Source: Eledone cirrhosa (Eukaryota). Taken from it: a stretch of DNA of 64,000 bases. The stretch covers positions 326,430,001-326,494,000 of the forward strand of contig OZ024742.1 of assembly GCA_964016885.1 (NCBI GenBank), read 5' to 3'. Position 1 is the stretch's first letter; every line of letters starts with the position of its first letter. Under the pieces are notes generated by a model. The model worked only from the letters and a program-made list of their open reading frames with translations, did not search any database and had not been told where the DNA came from. Made by a program: the position numbers and the translations under genes. Of the stretch, positions 13,738-28,453 are shown piece by piece.

Positions 13738-15091
13738 ATATATATATATACGTATGTGTTTATGTGTATTTGTTTGTGTTTGAATGTGTGTGTGTATATG
13801 TATGTATAATTGTATGTATGTATATATACTGATTCGTTGTTGTTGCTGCTGTTCTGTTTCTGCCGATAAAGAAAGAAGTTTTGGTACATTTATGTCCCTC
13901 ATAATCATTGATTCAATATATCTCAATTGATCTTTTTAAGCATCTTCTTACCCAACATTTATTGACCCACATTGAAAGTTCTGTGTGTTGCATGCATGAT
14001 TACCGTAACTTTTAATCTTAACTAGTTTTATCTACTTATAGTTGCAATGGGTTTATGGAACTTTATAGACGATATTAGGTAGATGGTGATAAGAGAGTGT
14101 TAATCATTTGTGTAACTCTGATCATGTACATTTAATGAACAATTGACATTATTTAAATGTGGTAGACACTATATACGTTCGATTGTCTAGTTCGTTTCCT
14201 CTTAAATAATGGATAAAACCGGTACAATGTCATAGAAAAAATTCGCCGCATCGTTAAACGGTTTCCTTTTTATTTTGCTTTCAAATAAAGCCTAAAATCA
14301 TTTTGATCGTCTAATCTTTCATAAAGAAAAATCTCTCTTGTATTCTGCAGTTCTCCAGAAAGATTACTAGAATTGTCTGTATTGATCGTTAGTTGCTTTT
14401 GTGTGCGTATATGTTTGTGCATATGTATGGGCTTGTGTGTGTGCGTTTGTTATTGTGTATTTTTGATGTCAGTTTTATTCTGTTGAAGGTACCTACCAGC
14501 TTATTGATGAAACAAAGAATATTTACTGAGTCAGATATTTGTTGGTCTTTATTTTTTTCTGTTTACTGAAACATTGTAAGCACTTTGGATAGCAATCAAG
14601 GTTTTCCTTCTATTCTCTGTTTTATTTTTCCTTCAACAAATGTATATAGTTTCGGATCTACTGAAGACAATATAGTTCTGATACTTTTGTAGGTTTTATT
14701 GGTTTTTGATGTTGCAAACACAGAAACAATTTATCAAAAGTCGAGAATCTTTTCATTGAGTTAAAACGTCGTTTCTCAAAAAGTGTATATTTAGCAACTT
14801 TTGTTTAGAATGATAAACAAAAAGAGAGAACAAACAATTTGTATAAGTGTATTTCGCAAAAGAAATCTTTAAACTTCCAGAATAATTCCTTTGGTTATTT
14901 GAGCTTAGAAGATTGTTTTGATTTTGCTTGTGTTGCTATCACACAAGAAGGCTGCATAGATTCGCCTCACTGAATGTTTATCGACAAACACTTTCTGATG
15001 AAAGCTCAAAACGTAGAAATATGAAGAATGGTAAGATAACGGTTTTCGAGATTGAGTAATAGGATGTGCTAGTGATGAGTATATCTATATA

Positions 15092-15177
15092 CACGGTGTC
15101 CCCAACAGTATTCTAATAAATATTGCCTGTACAGATAATCAAAATGTGTATATATTTGGGGGGGGGGGGACAACTTG
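15092..15177. mobile_element. Small MITE copy
   Basis: Shares ATTCTAATAAATATT..CTGTACAG internal sequence and TIRs with 10861-10960. Confidence 0.65.
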
Positions 15178-17049
15178 TATATAAGACGACTACCACATAA
15201 GTAATAAATAAAGATTTATAGATTAGGATCATATTGATTACAATTGATTATGAAGGTTCATTTTAATTTAGCTATGGCTTGAATTTGAATATTAATAGTT
15301 TTATTCATGGTTATTTCGAAGTCTTATACAGAATGCTATGTTCTTTAACAGTTGAGGCCTAGTATGGCTGGGATTCATCAATCTAGATGGAATAAACAAA
15401 TTCTTTGTGTAGGAATTGCCACACTTATGAAGGAAGTCTTCTACGTGTAAATAGTAGAAACAAAATTCTAACTTAAAGCAAATATATAACGACACCACAA
15501 GTATTTTCCTCAAAATTTTAAACGGCTTCAATTCATCCTATTTTCAAATGAACATGTTATGATAATGGTTTTTAATTAGGCGCGAGGTCATCAATTTTAG
15601 GGGCGAATGTAGTCGAGTATATCGACCCAGTTTTTAACTGATACTTTACTTTATCGATTCTGGAAGGATAACAGCCTCAGTGGTATTAAAACTTAGAAGG
15701 TAAAGAAGCGGAAAAATACTACAATTATGTTATTTGATGCCCTACAGATTCTACCAAATCATCGCCCTTTGAACATATAATATAATCTGCCTCATTAGCA
15801 GCATTGTGTCTCTAAATGTATTTTCTCATGACAGTGAGATGAATATGAGCGACAAATAAATATAAGTTAAAATTGGGGAGATGTCATTGTCTATGTATTA
15901 AGCAAGATATCGAAATGCATCGTTCTTATTTACAGAACCAATGTAGAAATACAAATACTTATGTCTACTTGTTCATTAGAGATATCTTCTTAGTTTCTAG
16001 AGTTGCAAACGATGCAAAAGCAAGGAAATGTGAATTTAGATATCATTTATCTTACCGAATGCGATGTTTGGCTTTAAACCTTATATGAAATCCCTACAAA
16101 ATTTGGCTTTTATTTTATTTTACAGATATTTTAAATAGATATTTTAAATTACAGATAAAATAAAATAAAATAAGATTTTGGTGCATCTATAAGCAGCTCG
16201 AGTTGTTCTAATTAACCACACTATACCATATTACTTTTGAAGTAAATGGTAGAAACAATCTCTGATAATTAACATTTCCATTCTACAAGATTAACAAAAT
16301 ATATATCTATTCAATCTATTGTTAACAAAGTATAACTTAAGCATTGTCAATTAGGGATTGCAATGACATAGTGTGATTCAAAATAAACAAGTAAATGTAC
16401 CCACCCATATACAATATATTTCAATATATTTAAACGTACATATAGACACGCTGTGAGTATTTTAAGCTAAGATCATATCACAGTTAACTTCGTGTCGATG
16501 TTTGAGTCGATGTTTGAGCGCTGCATACATATATTTTAGGAATATTATCGATCATCAGTCAACTTTTGCTTTCTCCGAGATACTGATGTGTGAAAAACTT
16601 GACAACCTTATATCTTTTGTAAACACACTATTTTGGATGGTAGTTCGTTTACATATAGTGCGAGATTAAATGGCTAGTATGAATTAGCGATAGAACTAAC
16701 ACGGTGTGATTCATAATAAAAGCTTATATGGACTCATAATAATAAGTCATCAGAAATTTGTTGACGATAGAAGACATTTTAAATCTGGCCTTTTGTAATC
16801 TGTGTTGTAACCTACTAACCCGAGTCTTTTAAATTTACGTGTCACACACAAAGAATTCGTCCTAACTGGAATGTTTCGAATTTCTTATGATGTTTTCACT
16901 TACTAGTTAATGTTAACGCATTGCTGTACTATAAATATATAATTAGGTGCCCTTCAGTACGAGTATCCTGTTGATTTCCAGCCATCATTTAGTGTCCGTG
17001 ACCTTCAGCTTTCTCAGCAACGCTGTCTAATGTGCACTTAAGTATATCT

Positions 17050-17050
17050 A

Positions 17051-17145
<95 letters not shown>

Positions 17146-17184
17146 TCACTCACTCACTCACTCACTCACTCACACAGACAGAAC

Positions 17185-17252
<68 letters not shown>

Positions 17253-17370
17253 GTATGTATGTATACACATATATATATATTTATATGTATATATATAGTA
17301 TATATAGATATATGCATATATAGTATACATAAACACATACACACACATATATACATATACATATATATAT
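17050..17370. repeat. (CA)n/(CTCA)n/(TA)n compound microsatellite
   Basis: Seen directly. Confidence 0.95.
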
Positions 17371-18493
17371 AGAAAGAGAAAGAGCGGAGGAATTGAGTGA
17401 GACAGGGAGAGGAAGAGAGAGAGGTGGAAAGAGAGAGATTTCTTTATTCATTTATAATTAAATATGAATAAATTCCAAAAAAGTAGCTTATCTAATATCC
17501 TGAAATATCTTAATCTTCATAATATATTCACCACCAACTAGAAACATTTTTACCTATTTCTGGAAATTCTCATCCAGCTTTGTAAATCCTCTTGGAATCA
17601 GTCCAATTGTTATGTATAACACTTATCAAGTTCTTTTAAGTTACGTCATCTACAGAACCGGTGCCAAAGTATTTAACACTTTAATGTGTGACCCTTTCTC
17701 CCTGTTATGCGTCCTATTCTTCCATAGAAAATCCTTTAAACTTATATTTGGTAAGTAACTTTTATTCAACATTTCTTGCTCTGCCCACACTTGGAAAAAA
17801 AAAACTATGAGTGCATTTTGCACTATAGAGTCCATTCCTTCAAGGCTAAATTGTATGACAGGTTATAACACCATACGACCCCCTACACCGCTTCGGATAA
17901 TTCCAACATACTGCTATGAGGCAGAGATGCATAGCGGTATATTTATTAGATGTTATGTATTAAATTTAATTACACGGTGTCTCATGGGGAATATCCCTGA
18001 GAATTAAGAGGTTTGGGTTATATGTGTGTGTGGAATTCTCAGCCACTCGCACGCTAATTCCACAAGCTTATTGTTCGCTTGATTGAACACTTAGGACAGT
18101 CATCATCGAAACCGATGGAGGTACACTCTGTCCCATACATATATGTGGAATGCTCAGCCACATTCAATTTAATTTCATGGGTAGTATCATTGGTTGATGA
18201 TACATTGGTAATATTCATCATCGACACCAACGGAGTTCCATCCCATTCCAGGTTTGCAGGTTAATTTAACGAGTAGACTGTTCCGTTGATCAAACGCCGA
18301 ATCTAACAGCGGTTCATCCCATTCCATATATATGCACGTTGATTTCCAGAGCAGGTTGTTCTGCTGATAAGACAACAGGAGCTCTCTTGCGCTAAACTCT
18401 GCCAGGTGCAGACTGTGCATTAACATCTGATATCTCTCTCCACAAAGTTCGATCACCAGCAGTAGAGTTCAAGGAGCAAAGATCAAATCCAGT

Positions 18494-18806
18494 CTATAAG
18501 TTGACATTGTCAAGCCATCCTTTTGGCTGCCGGCCTTTGCTTCTCTTACCAGCCAACCTTCCTTCCAGGCATAACCTACTCACACCACGAGTTGATCTTT
18601 TTATATGGCCGTATAGTTTAAGTACTCTTGACTTGACAATTGATGTAATTTGTCTAAGTTTGGTAATGTTGAGCAGCTCACTGATACAGATACGGTCGCT
18701 GAGCCGCTTGCCAGTCACAAGTCTCATGATGTGGTTGTGGAATGTAGAAAGCTTCTGAAGTGACCTTGTCGTCCAATTAACACAGTCAAGACCATACAAC
18801 AGGAGC
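18494..18806 (-). mobile_element. RTE-like LINE 3' coding fragment (family 2)
   Basis: LLYGLDCVNW..KLSTFHNHIMR..RVLKLYGHIKR..LEGRLAGKRSKGRQPKGWLDNV, typical RTE C-terminal motifs. Confidence 0.8.
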
Positions 18807-19399
18807 GCTCATTGTCAAAACTGACGGAGGTCCATTCTATGAAACAATTATTTTGAAATTATTGCTATAGGATTGCATAAGATATCGCACGACATGTTCG
18901 TTCTTCGTTCGTTATATTCAGTCTCATCAACACTTGATCCTTTACTAACTCTCTCCTCCATACTTTACTGCGAATGTAAAGCTGATGTCTGATACGTGAT
19001 TTTCTTTATTTTGTTATTCTATTTATTCGTTTCGTTTAATTTGAGATTAAAGCTAATTAGAGGTTGGCTGCTGGCAAGCTCTCTTATTTTTTAATCAAAC
19101 TCATAATTAAGTTTGAATGAAGATTGAAAATAACCGATATTTTTAGTTGCAAATTCATTGCATTTGTTTTAATTAGATTTGAATTAGTTATGATTTGAAT
19201 AAACTATTTGATAGCTTACAAATTATTTTGTTTATATTATTGTATATCTTTAGAATGCAACGTAAATTATTTCACAAACAAACGTACATTTTAGGATGTT
19301 TGTATGTGTCTATGTACGTGTGTGTCGATGTACGTGTGTAAGTGTCGATGTGCATGTGTGCGTGTGTGTGTCGATGTACGTGTGTGTGTTTGGCTGTTT

Positions 19400-19592
19400 G
19401 TGTGTGTGATTTATAGAATATATAGTCTATTATAGAATATATAGTCTATTGAAATAGACATTGTTTCCTTCGAGGTTGAAAGAAAATGTAACTATGTCAT
19501 GCAGTAGGCATATTTCAATAGACTATATATTCGATAAATCACACACACACACAAATTGATTCCTTCGAGGTTGAAAGAAAACGTAACTATGT
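19400..19592. repeat. Combined inverted and direct repeat cassette in (TG)/(CA) tracts
   Basis: GTGATTTATAGAATATATAGTCTATTGAAATA inverted at ~19511-19545; TTCCTTCGAGGTTGAAAGAAAA(T/C)GTAACTATGT direct repeat at ~19465 and ~19560. Confidence 0.75.
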
Positions 19593-19718
19593 AAATAGTG
19601 ATCCTCGAAACAGCTACTTTACATGCTAGAAGTATCAGTCTAATCTCCCTCATATCCACACTACACCGTCTTAAATAAAGAGCGGTACATTGGACAATAT
19701 CGTGCCTAATGTATAAAT

Positions 19719-19912
19719 AATAATTGTTTCTACTTTTGGCACAAGGCCAGCAATTACCCTACTGCATTACTGGTGCTTTATATTATCGACCCCGTAAGGA
19801 TGGAAGACAAAGTTAGCCTCGGCGGGATTTGAACTCAGAACGTAAATGGCCATAACTCTATGCTGCAAAGCATGGTGTCTAACGCTCTATCGATACTGCC
19901 AATCCATATCCC
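19719..19912 (-). mobile_element. SINE family A
   Basis: Full reverse-complement copy. Confidence 0.85.
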
Positions 19913-20192
19913 TTATTGTATAATGTACAGATAATAATGATTTCTAACACAGAAACAAGGTCAGCAATTTTGGGGGAAAGGTTTAAGTCGAATATACTTA
20001 AGAGTACTTTATTTTATAGACCTTGGACGGATGACAGGCAGAGTCGGCCTCAGCGGGATTTGAACTCAGAACGTTGAAAGTTATAACTAAAACCACAAAG
20101 CATTTTGTTGGACAATAATCTAAATAATTATATAAATGAATATGGCTATAACGTTGTCCCAGAAGTTGATTCAATTCGTTTTTGAATCGCGA

Positions 20193-20205
20193 CAGCAGCA
20201 GCAGC

Positions 20206-20241
<36 letters not shown>

Positions 20242-20313
20242 GGTGGTGGTGGTGGTGGTGGCAGTAGTAGTAGTAGTAGTAGTGGTGGTGGTGGTGGTGG
20301 TGGTGGTGGTGGC

Positions 20314-20361
<48 letters not shown>

Positions 20362-20391
20362 GGTGGTGGTGCTAGTAGTAGTGGTGGTGGC

Positions 20392-20431
<40 letters not shown>

Positions 20432-20498
20432 CCAGCAGCAGCAGCAGCAGTAGTACTAGTAGTAGTAGTAGTTGTTGTTGTGTTGTTGTTGTTGCTGT
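20193..20498. repeat. (AGT)/(GGT)/(CAG)n microsatellite
   Basis: Seen directly. Confidence 0.95.
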
Positions 20499-21748
20499 TT
20501 CACTGTAATTCCTTTCCGATCGAACAGACCTCATGAAACAGGTTTTCTAATTAAACTACTCAAGAAATGTAAATATGTTTAAGTAATGTAGGAGAAGTAG
20601 ATGAAATTAATATATATTCATTCCACTTTTTTTTTCGTCCTTTTGTCCAATTTCACTAAATGTTTATGCCCAATCTCCTTTAATACTTTCTTGTAAGTGT
20701 TAATGTTAAACCGTTATTCTGTGTTGTCTTATATTTAAGTCATCCACATAACATTGAGTAGGAAATTTATTTCTCTATAAATCTACCATCGACATACATA
20801 TGTATGTGCGCGCGCGTGTGTGTTTGAGAGAGTGTGTGGGTGTGTTTGAGAGAGTGTGTGTGTGTGTGTTTGCGAGAGTGTATGCGTGTGATTGAGAGAG
20901 TGCGTGTGTGTGGAAGATGGAGAGACATGCTCGTGTGACATTTGTAAAATTTGTTCTACAATCTCTAGGATTTGCTCTAAAAACGAGTTTTCTAACCTTT
21001 TTTTAATTATACGTCTGTTAAGTACATATTTGCTATGAAACTGAAAAAAATATATAAATACATGCTAATAGAAATAATACACCTACTCTTAGTCTTAATT
21101 AGAAGCTATAGAAAACAACTGTTTACTTTCCTCTCGCAAATATTTATTAAACTACAAAATTTAAATCAACTTACATTAAAGATCATACGAGACTAGAGCT
21201 GGTCTTCTGCGTTAGTAACGAAACAAGTCAGTGAATTTTTTAAAATTAGATTCAGTAGGTAGTAAGGTATTCTGTTTTGTGTTCTATGTGTAATATTACA
21301 TTCTGGCATGCAAGGCACAGGAATTATGAATAAACCTAATGACGATGAAAAAAGGTTGCTATAAAAGTTTCAATAGTTCAATTGCTGTAATTAATAGAAA
21401 AACCCTCTTCCTCTGAGCGAAAAAGACAAAGACATTGTGGTATTGTTGCTTAGATTTTGGACAATTAAGTTGATTGAACTCTTCAACGAAATCTCTTATT
21501 TGTTATCGATATTATTTGAGGTGTGTGCAAACTCTGACCAATTTTATCGAATTCTGGATGGCATCGTTATGAAGCATTATATAATGACTCACTCCCAACC
21601 AGTTATTCGAAAGAATGTATTTGATAACCCTCAGGAAATGTAAACTGCGAGTTCAAATTTATTGTGTACGTTTGGTTGGTATTCTGAGTAAGACGCTTGC
21701 TTTTTACATTACATCGATCCGTATAGTTGTAGAGTTTAAACGGTAGTC

Positions 21749-21799
<51 letters not shown>

Positions 21800-21804
<5 letters not shown>

Positions 21805-21952
21805 TAACAGATTAAGGGTGAAAGCAGCGATTCTTTGCTTAAACTTTAATCTGTTATTTTTATAAATATTTGCTCTACGGTTCTTATATATTTGATATAT
21901 ATTTATCCTTATCGAGCCCTCTTTGGATTTTAGTCTTCAAATTTATTATTAT

Positions 21953-21956
<4 letters not shown>
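21800..21956. mobile_element. Short pLTR-like island in (TA)n (family H8), related to 23248-23368
   Basis: Terminal inversion AAAATAACAGATTAA/TTAATCTGTTATTTT; shares ATCCTTATCGAGCCCTCTT with ~23320. Confidence 0.55.
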
Positions 21957-22003
<47 letters not shown>

Positions 22004-22004
<1 letters not shown>

Positions 22005-23162
22005 TAGCAGTGTATCCCGGCGTTGCACAGGTAACATTGGTAATAGCACCTCCAATGAGAAACGTTTATTTGTGAGTGCCTGTTAAAAACTGATGAAATT
22101 ATACCGACAGGAAACTTGTTCTATTTGGAGAAAATTAAGACGTTGAAAGTACAGTTTAGCTGTCACCGTGCATTGTTCATAGAAATATTGTTGAGCCCCT
22201 TCTTTTCATACTCCTCTGTTTTGGCCTTTTGGAGTAAACGTGAAAGAGAATGTCACATGTTAAGTTGGGAGGAGATTCCAGTGCCATATCAGTAAGGCGT
22301 AGGCTATTTACCTCAAAAGTTCATTCGCACTCTTTCCACTAAGTTACACTTTCTCTCTATCCCTCTCGGTGCAGTCCCTTGCGAATTTCTCGCGTAAGCC
22401 TGGTGTAGATTTGCACCCGATCCATCTGCCCGATGCACATGTCCGCTTTGTACGGCTTTTGGAAGGAGTGACCAGCAGTATATTGTTCGGTATTATTACG
22501 AAAAGGTGTAGCGGAGAATCCCGCGTGAACTAACAGCTCGGGAAGAAATTGCTTACCTCGAAGATTCATTTGCCATCGTTCTTGTCAATGCTCCGTTTAG
22601 TTTGCATTTGTTGGTCTACAGTTAGATGAATGGCGCACAAAGGGTTAATATTTATTGGCAAGAAGTGCAACTGGGCTGGCTTGCCTCGCTTATATTATAT
22701 ATTAAAATAACATATTAAATTTCACCCTTAACGGGATCTTCTGAAACTAAAAAAATCGATCTGTGAACGCAGAAGTAAATATTTCGAAAAACGTTGCAAC
22801 CGAAGGAAAGCAGGAAGACGATACTTTGGTTCGTGAAGACGTTCCCTGGCAATCAACGAAAAATAGCGAACATAGTACGTCATCAATGTTCGTCAGAATG
22901 TCGTAATGCAGACAGGCAGGCATACAGACAGTAATTATAAGAGCGCGACGGAGATGGATAACCGGCGCCTAACACCCCTTTAACAACAGAAAATTGAAAA
23001 ATAAAAGCTGCAGTTAATATCTTTAGACCGCAAGGAATATATAAATACAAGTTTAAAGTCAATCGGAGTAGAAATGTGGATTTGTATAGACTTTGCAAAA
23101 TCGAAGACACACACAACACACACGCGCGCGCAGACAACTGCAATTTTATATATATTTATAGA
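22004..23162 (-). mobile_element. Non-autonomous Helitron
   Basis: Minus strand begins TCTATAAATATATATAAAAT..GTCTG and ends with hairpin CCTGTGCAACGCCGGG followed by ..CTGCTAG|T. Confidence 0.72.
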
Positions 23163-23179
23163 CATATATATGGTAGTAC

Positions 23180-23247
<68 letters not shown>

Positions 23248-23256
23248 CAGATTAAT

Positions 23257-23307
23257 GATTAAGCAAAGGATTTCTGCTTTCACCCTCTACGGGGGATCGT
23301 CTGATAC
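23257..23307 (-). ncRNA. Degenerate hammerhead-like fold (family H8)
   Basis: CAGACGA-TCCC(CCGTAGA)GGGT-GAA-AGCAG(AAATCCT)TTGCT-T; U4>A change and poor stem I. Confidence 0.4.
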
Positions 23308-23388
23308 TGAGAAGAATCAATCCTTATCGAGCCCTCTTCGGATCTTGCTCTTTGTATTTATTTTTACTATATATATATATATATATAT

Positions 23389-24019
23389 ATAAACGGAAAA
23401 AATGAAACGATATTTCATTTCCCACTCTTAGTACGGCTGTTACTTAAATATAAGTATGTACACGTACATACATATATGTATACCGACGTACAGTAGTATG
23501 TATATATATATATACATACATGCACACATATATATATGCACGTATGGATTCACCGAACATTTATTATAATGCTCGGTGTGTTTGTAAACAAACATCCCGT
23601 ATTAAGCCGTAGTGTCTAGCAACCACCGTTGCTCGTTTGTTCAACACTGACAAAGGAACGCTGTACTAGTTTCAAGCTTGTTAGCTATCGTCAGCAACGT
23701 ATACCTTCCTGCCAGATTGTTGAACGTATATACTTACCTTATGCATATTAACGGCTGAGTAGCCCAATTTGCATATCGAGTGGGTTAATCGGCCGGGTGC
23801 ACCGAAAACGATAAACGGAAAAAATGAAACGATATTTCATTTCCCACTCTTAGTACGGCTGTTACTTAAATATAAGTATGTACACGTACATACATATATG
23901 TATACCGACGTACAGTAGTATGTATATATATATATATATACATACATGCACACATATATATATGCACGTATGGATTCACCGAACATTTATTATAATGCTC
24001 GGTGTGTTTGTAAACAAAC
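23389..24019 (-). mobile_element. Partial-tandem pLTR-like element (family H3), 422-bp period
   Basis: ~205 bp near-identical direct repeat (23389-23593 / 23811-24019) enclosing a hammerhead; homologue at 41680-42235. Confidence 0.8.
23658..23700 (-). ncRNA. Type I hammerhead ribozyme (family H3)
   Basis: ACGTTG-CTGACGA-TAGCT(AACA)AGCTT-GAA-ACTAGT-A|CAGCGT: 6-bp stem I, palindromic stem III, GUA site. Confidence 0.85.
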
Positions 24020-24530
24020 TGTGACAGGCACCAGATCCGCAGCCTAGGACATCATTTTCTACTGGCTGTGTTCTTTTCTCTAATAAAAAGTATGAAATAT
24101 ATAGGGAAAGGTGTTTTATATGGAGAATGTGGTAAAAGAAAAGTAAAGGAGTAATTTGGTAATAATTAAGGGGATAATTAGGAATAGTTTATGAAGATTA
24201 AAGAGAACTAACTATTTCAGGGCCCACACAAAGACAGAGAAAAGAAGAGATATTGACAATATGGTTTGTAGAGGAGGTTCCATGGGAAGTAGATAGATGA
24301 TTTCAGTGGTGAGTGGGAACCATGGAATTTAGGGTTTCGTTTTAAAAATCTGTTAAAGGTGGAATTCCTCTAATCTTTGAAATAAAATTATGAGTGTGGG
24401 GGCAGAGATTAAAGAAATCTACCTTCGTGTTGAGACAAATTGTGTAGCTTTTTTCAAGAGACATACATACACACATATACATCCATACATCTCTCTCTGT
24501 ATATATATATATATATACAGAGAGAGAGAG

Positions 24531-24569
<39 letters not shown>

Positions 24570-24585
24570 GAGAGAGAGACATATA

Positions 24586-25901
24586 TCTAGGGCGGGTAAA
24601 ATTCCCGAGATCCATGGACGAGTTCTCTCCAGCGGTCTCTGTCCCTCATTATCGCTGCCATGTCCTGCACCTCCCACAGACTAGTGTCTCCCCTTAGGGC
24701 GTCAACATACGTTAACCTTGGTCTTCCTCTTCCAGGGTGTCCATGCAGGGGCTCCCACAGGAGCACTGTGTGCAGTGTCAACTCTGGATGTCGGTGAGCA
24801 TGTCCAGCTAACCTCAGTCTCCTCTATGTCACTTTTGAGCTGACTTTTGGGAGGCTCCCATACAGCTCTGAGTTTTTCATCCTCAGTGTATACTGATTAA
24901 TGTTAGAGCCATCCTCAGTATTCTCGTGTAGCACGCATCCACCATCTAAGTGAGTTTCCTGGTCAGTATCCAAGTCTCAGACCCGTACAGCAGCACAGAC
25001 TCCACTACAGCAGTGAAGAGGCGGATCTTCTGCTCTTCACGAAGGTCCGACTTCCACACCGATCTCAAGCTGTGGCACGCCGCCCAGGCTTTGCTCTTCC
25101 TCTCAACCACATCATCTTCCGTATTCCCAATCTTTGCTCCCAAATACAGGAAGTCCTCAACTAATTCCAACGGCTTCCCGCCTACATTAGTGATCCCCTC
25201 TGGCCTCTCAACATTCTCAACCAGATATTTTGTCTTAGTCTCATTCATTCTCAGCCCCACACTCATCGGCACAGTCTCAACTTCCTGCATCAAATCCTCT
25301 GCCTCCTTCACTGTATTTGTTACCAAAACTATGTCGTCGACAAATTCAGCATCCGATATCTTTTTCGTCTTAACTCTCCTGCTCTGAGCCGGTGTTACAG
25401 TAAAACCAGAGTCCTGGTGTTTCTCTAGTGGAAGACGCATACAATAGTCCACTGCGATGATAAAAAGGTAGGGAGCCAATGTATCTCCCTGGAGCACTCC
25501 AGCCACTATCAATGGAGGATCAGTAACATCGTTTCAATGCCAAAGAAGTGAGATCTTTCTAACACCAACAACTACAGGGGGATCTCACTGACGTCACTTG
25601 TGACAAAGACCCTCAAAAGGATGATTCTTGACAGGATCCAGCCATAGATGAAGAAGATGCTCAGGGACAACCAGAACGGCTTCAGAAGGGGAAGATAAAC
25701 CACCAGTCACATCCTGATGCTGAGGATGATATTAGAGGGAGCTAGAGCAAAGTGCCTTCCTGCGGTCATGGTTTTCATTGACTTTAGGAAGGCCTTTGAT
25801 TCTGTGGACCGTCACTGCCTGATGAAGATCTTACAGGCTTATGGAATCCCCAAGAAGATAGTGGACCTGATATCACTGCTCTACACCAACACTAAAGCCC
25901 A
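24586..25901 (-). mobile_element. RTE-clade LINE (family 3) with 5' inversion and 13-bp TSD
   Basis: Minus strand 25512->24586: GVLQGDTLAPYLF, FVDD, LYGSETW, GRGRPRLTY; plus strand ~25525-25901: NYRGISL, NQNGFR, FIDFRKAFDSV; AGAGAGACATATA at 24573-24585 and 25902-25914. Confidence 0.9.
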
Positions 25902-27287
25902 AGAGAGACATATACCCTACCCTTATTGCATAAAACATCATGTTATGCAATAAGGTTATGTTTCCAATGCAATACCCGTTAAATACAAAAGAACAAGCCT
26001 CAGTCGTGAAAATATCATGGTCCGTTCTCTTGTCTTTAACTTGTATTGCATTGAAAACATAACCTCATTGCATAAGTTGCTGTCTGATGATGTAGTGTTA
26101 CTCGATGCTTTGTTGTGGGATCACGTAGCGATGATCACCATTTAAATATGTATCACAGCTTAACATATATATATGAGTATGTGAGTGTGTGTATGTATGT
26201 ATGTGTGTGTTTGTCGGTCTGTGTGTTTGTGTGTGTGTCTGTGTGTGTGTGTGTATGAGTCTGTGTGTGTGAGGCGCAACGGCCCAAACGCGGTATGTAC
26301 ACACGCTGTACAGAGTTTAACCTCCACGACAATAACACAAACGATCTCGTAACTGTCCTGTTATCTTGCCTTGGCTTGTCACTAGACACAAAACTGCGGG
26401 GATAGAGTGCGTGTTATGATTGTAGCACAAGCAAGTATTATAGCATTGCCATATTTATGTGCAGATATTTCTTCACAAGTCCCCCGGCGAAGGTGGAGTT
26501 GTAATGTGTGCAGACTCAAGCAGTTAGAAGCACATAGTCACCAATCTACTTGTGGGTTACTCGAGTCATATCCTAACTTCGCTGCAATGTTAACCTGAAC
26601 AACAACATGCTTTGGTGAAGTCTTCAGCGTCTGGGCAGCTCTTTTTGTACATGCACTGGGAAGAGTCTAGAAAAGGTGACCTAAAAAAGTTTGTTCCCTC
26701 ATCACACTGGCCAACAGCCTGCGGTTGGCGGTGGTTCATTATAGCAGGACAAAAACCTGAAGTCTCTTGGTGTTAGTGTTCAGGAGTGGGATGACAAGGC
26801 AAAGAGTTGATATAGTTGGGGAAGAGTGGGTTATGATGGCTGTGATCATTTTGAAGTCAAAAGGATTGAATATAGCCAGGACAGGTTATGTAGACTCAGT
26901 TCCGGAGGATATCTGGTCGGAACATGTCTATAACATCTGTAGATGATATTCTTTCTCGTGTTGGGTTTGCTATTAAATTAAGAGCTCATACCAATCAGCA
27001 GTCTGGGTTCGATTATGTTGGTATCTTCCTTAAAAGGCCTGCAGGGTATGTGTGTTAGTTTTGCAACAAAGCCTGTAGTCAGCTGCTGGAATCAGGCGGC
27101 ACACGAGAGTGCATAAGTATAAAGTTACGTTCAGGTCTATCCGAGAACCTCGTGTATATGACATCTGTAAAACGGTATACAGGAGTGAGGCAGGTTTACG
27201 GAGTCATTTGCGCGGGCTCATGGCTGATCAGCCCAACATTGAAGAGATGGCCCTCTTCTGTAAATAAGTTGCAGTCATCATATGTAT

Positions 27288-28212
<925 letters not shown>

Positions 28213-28267
28213 ACTGCTATATATATTTCAGTGACAGCCATCTTTGGCTGTGACCTCTTCAGGCAGT
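28213..28267 (-). ncRNA. Type I hammerhead ribozyme (family H5, inverted copy)
   Basis: Reverse complement of 28454-28508. Confidence 0.8.
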
Positions 28268-28453
28268 TTGAATTAGTATGGTATAGACAAGTACATATGT
28301 TGTTTAGGTGTATGATATTGTCAATACTCTGATATGCCCAGTTCCTTGTTGGGTTGTTAATTCACTGGGGAACTGGAGTCATATTTGGAGTCATTATTGA
28401 CAATATCATACACCTAAACAACATATGTCCTTGTCTATACCATACTAATTCAA

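Noticed and set aside
14991-15020. TTT-CTGATGA-AAGCTC-AAAACGTA-GAAA hammerhead-like string
   Set aside because: G12 missing, no stem II, no repeat or microsatellite context
23389-24019. Direct repeats read as LTR retrotransposon ends or a CRISPR-like array
   Set aside because: No TG..CA ends, primer-binding site, polypurine tract or regular spacers; eukaryotic context; better explained as a pLTR-like tandem
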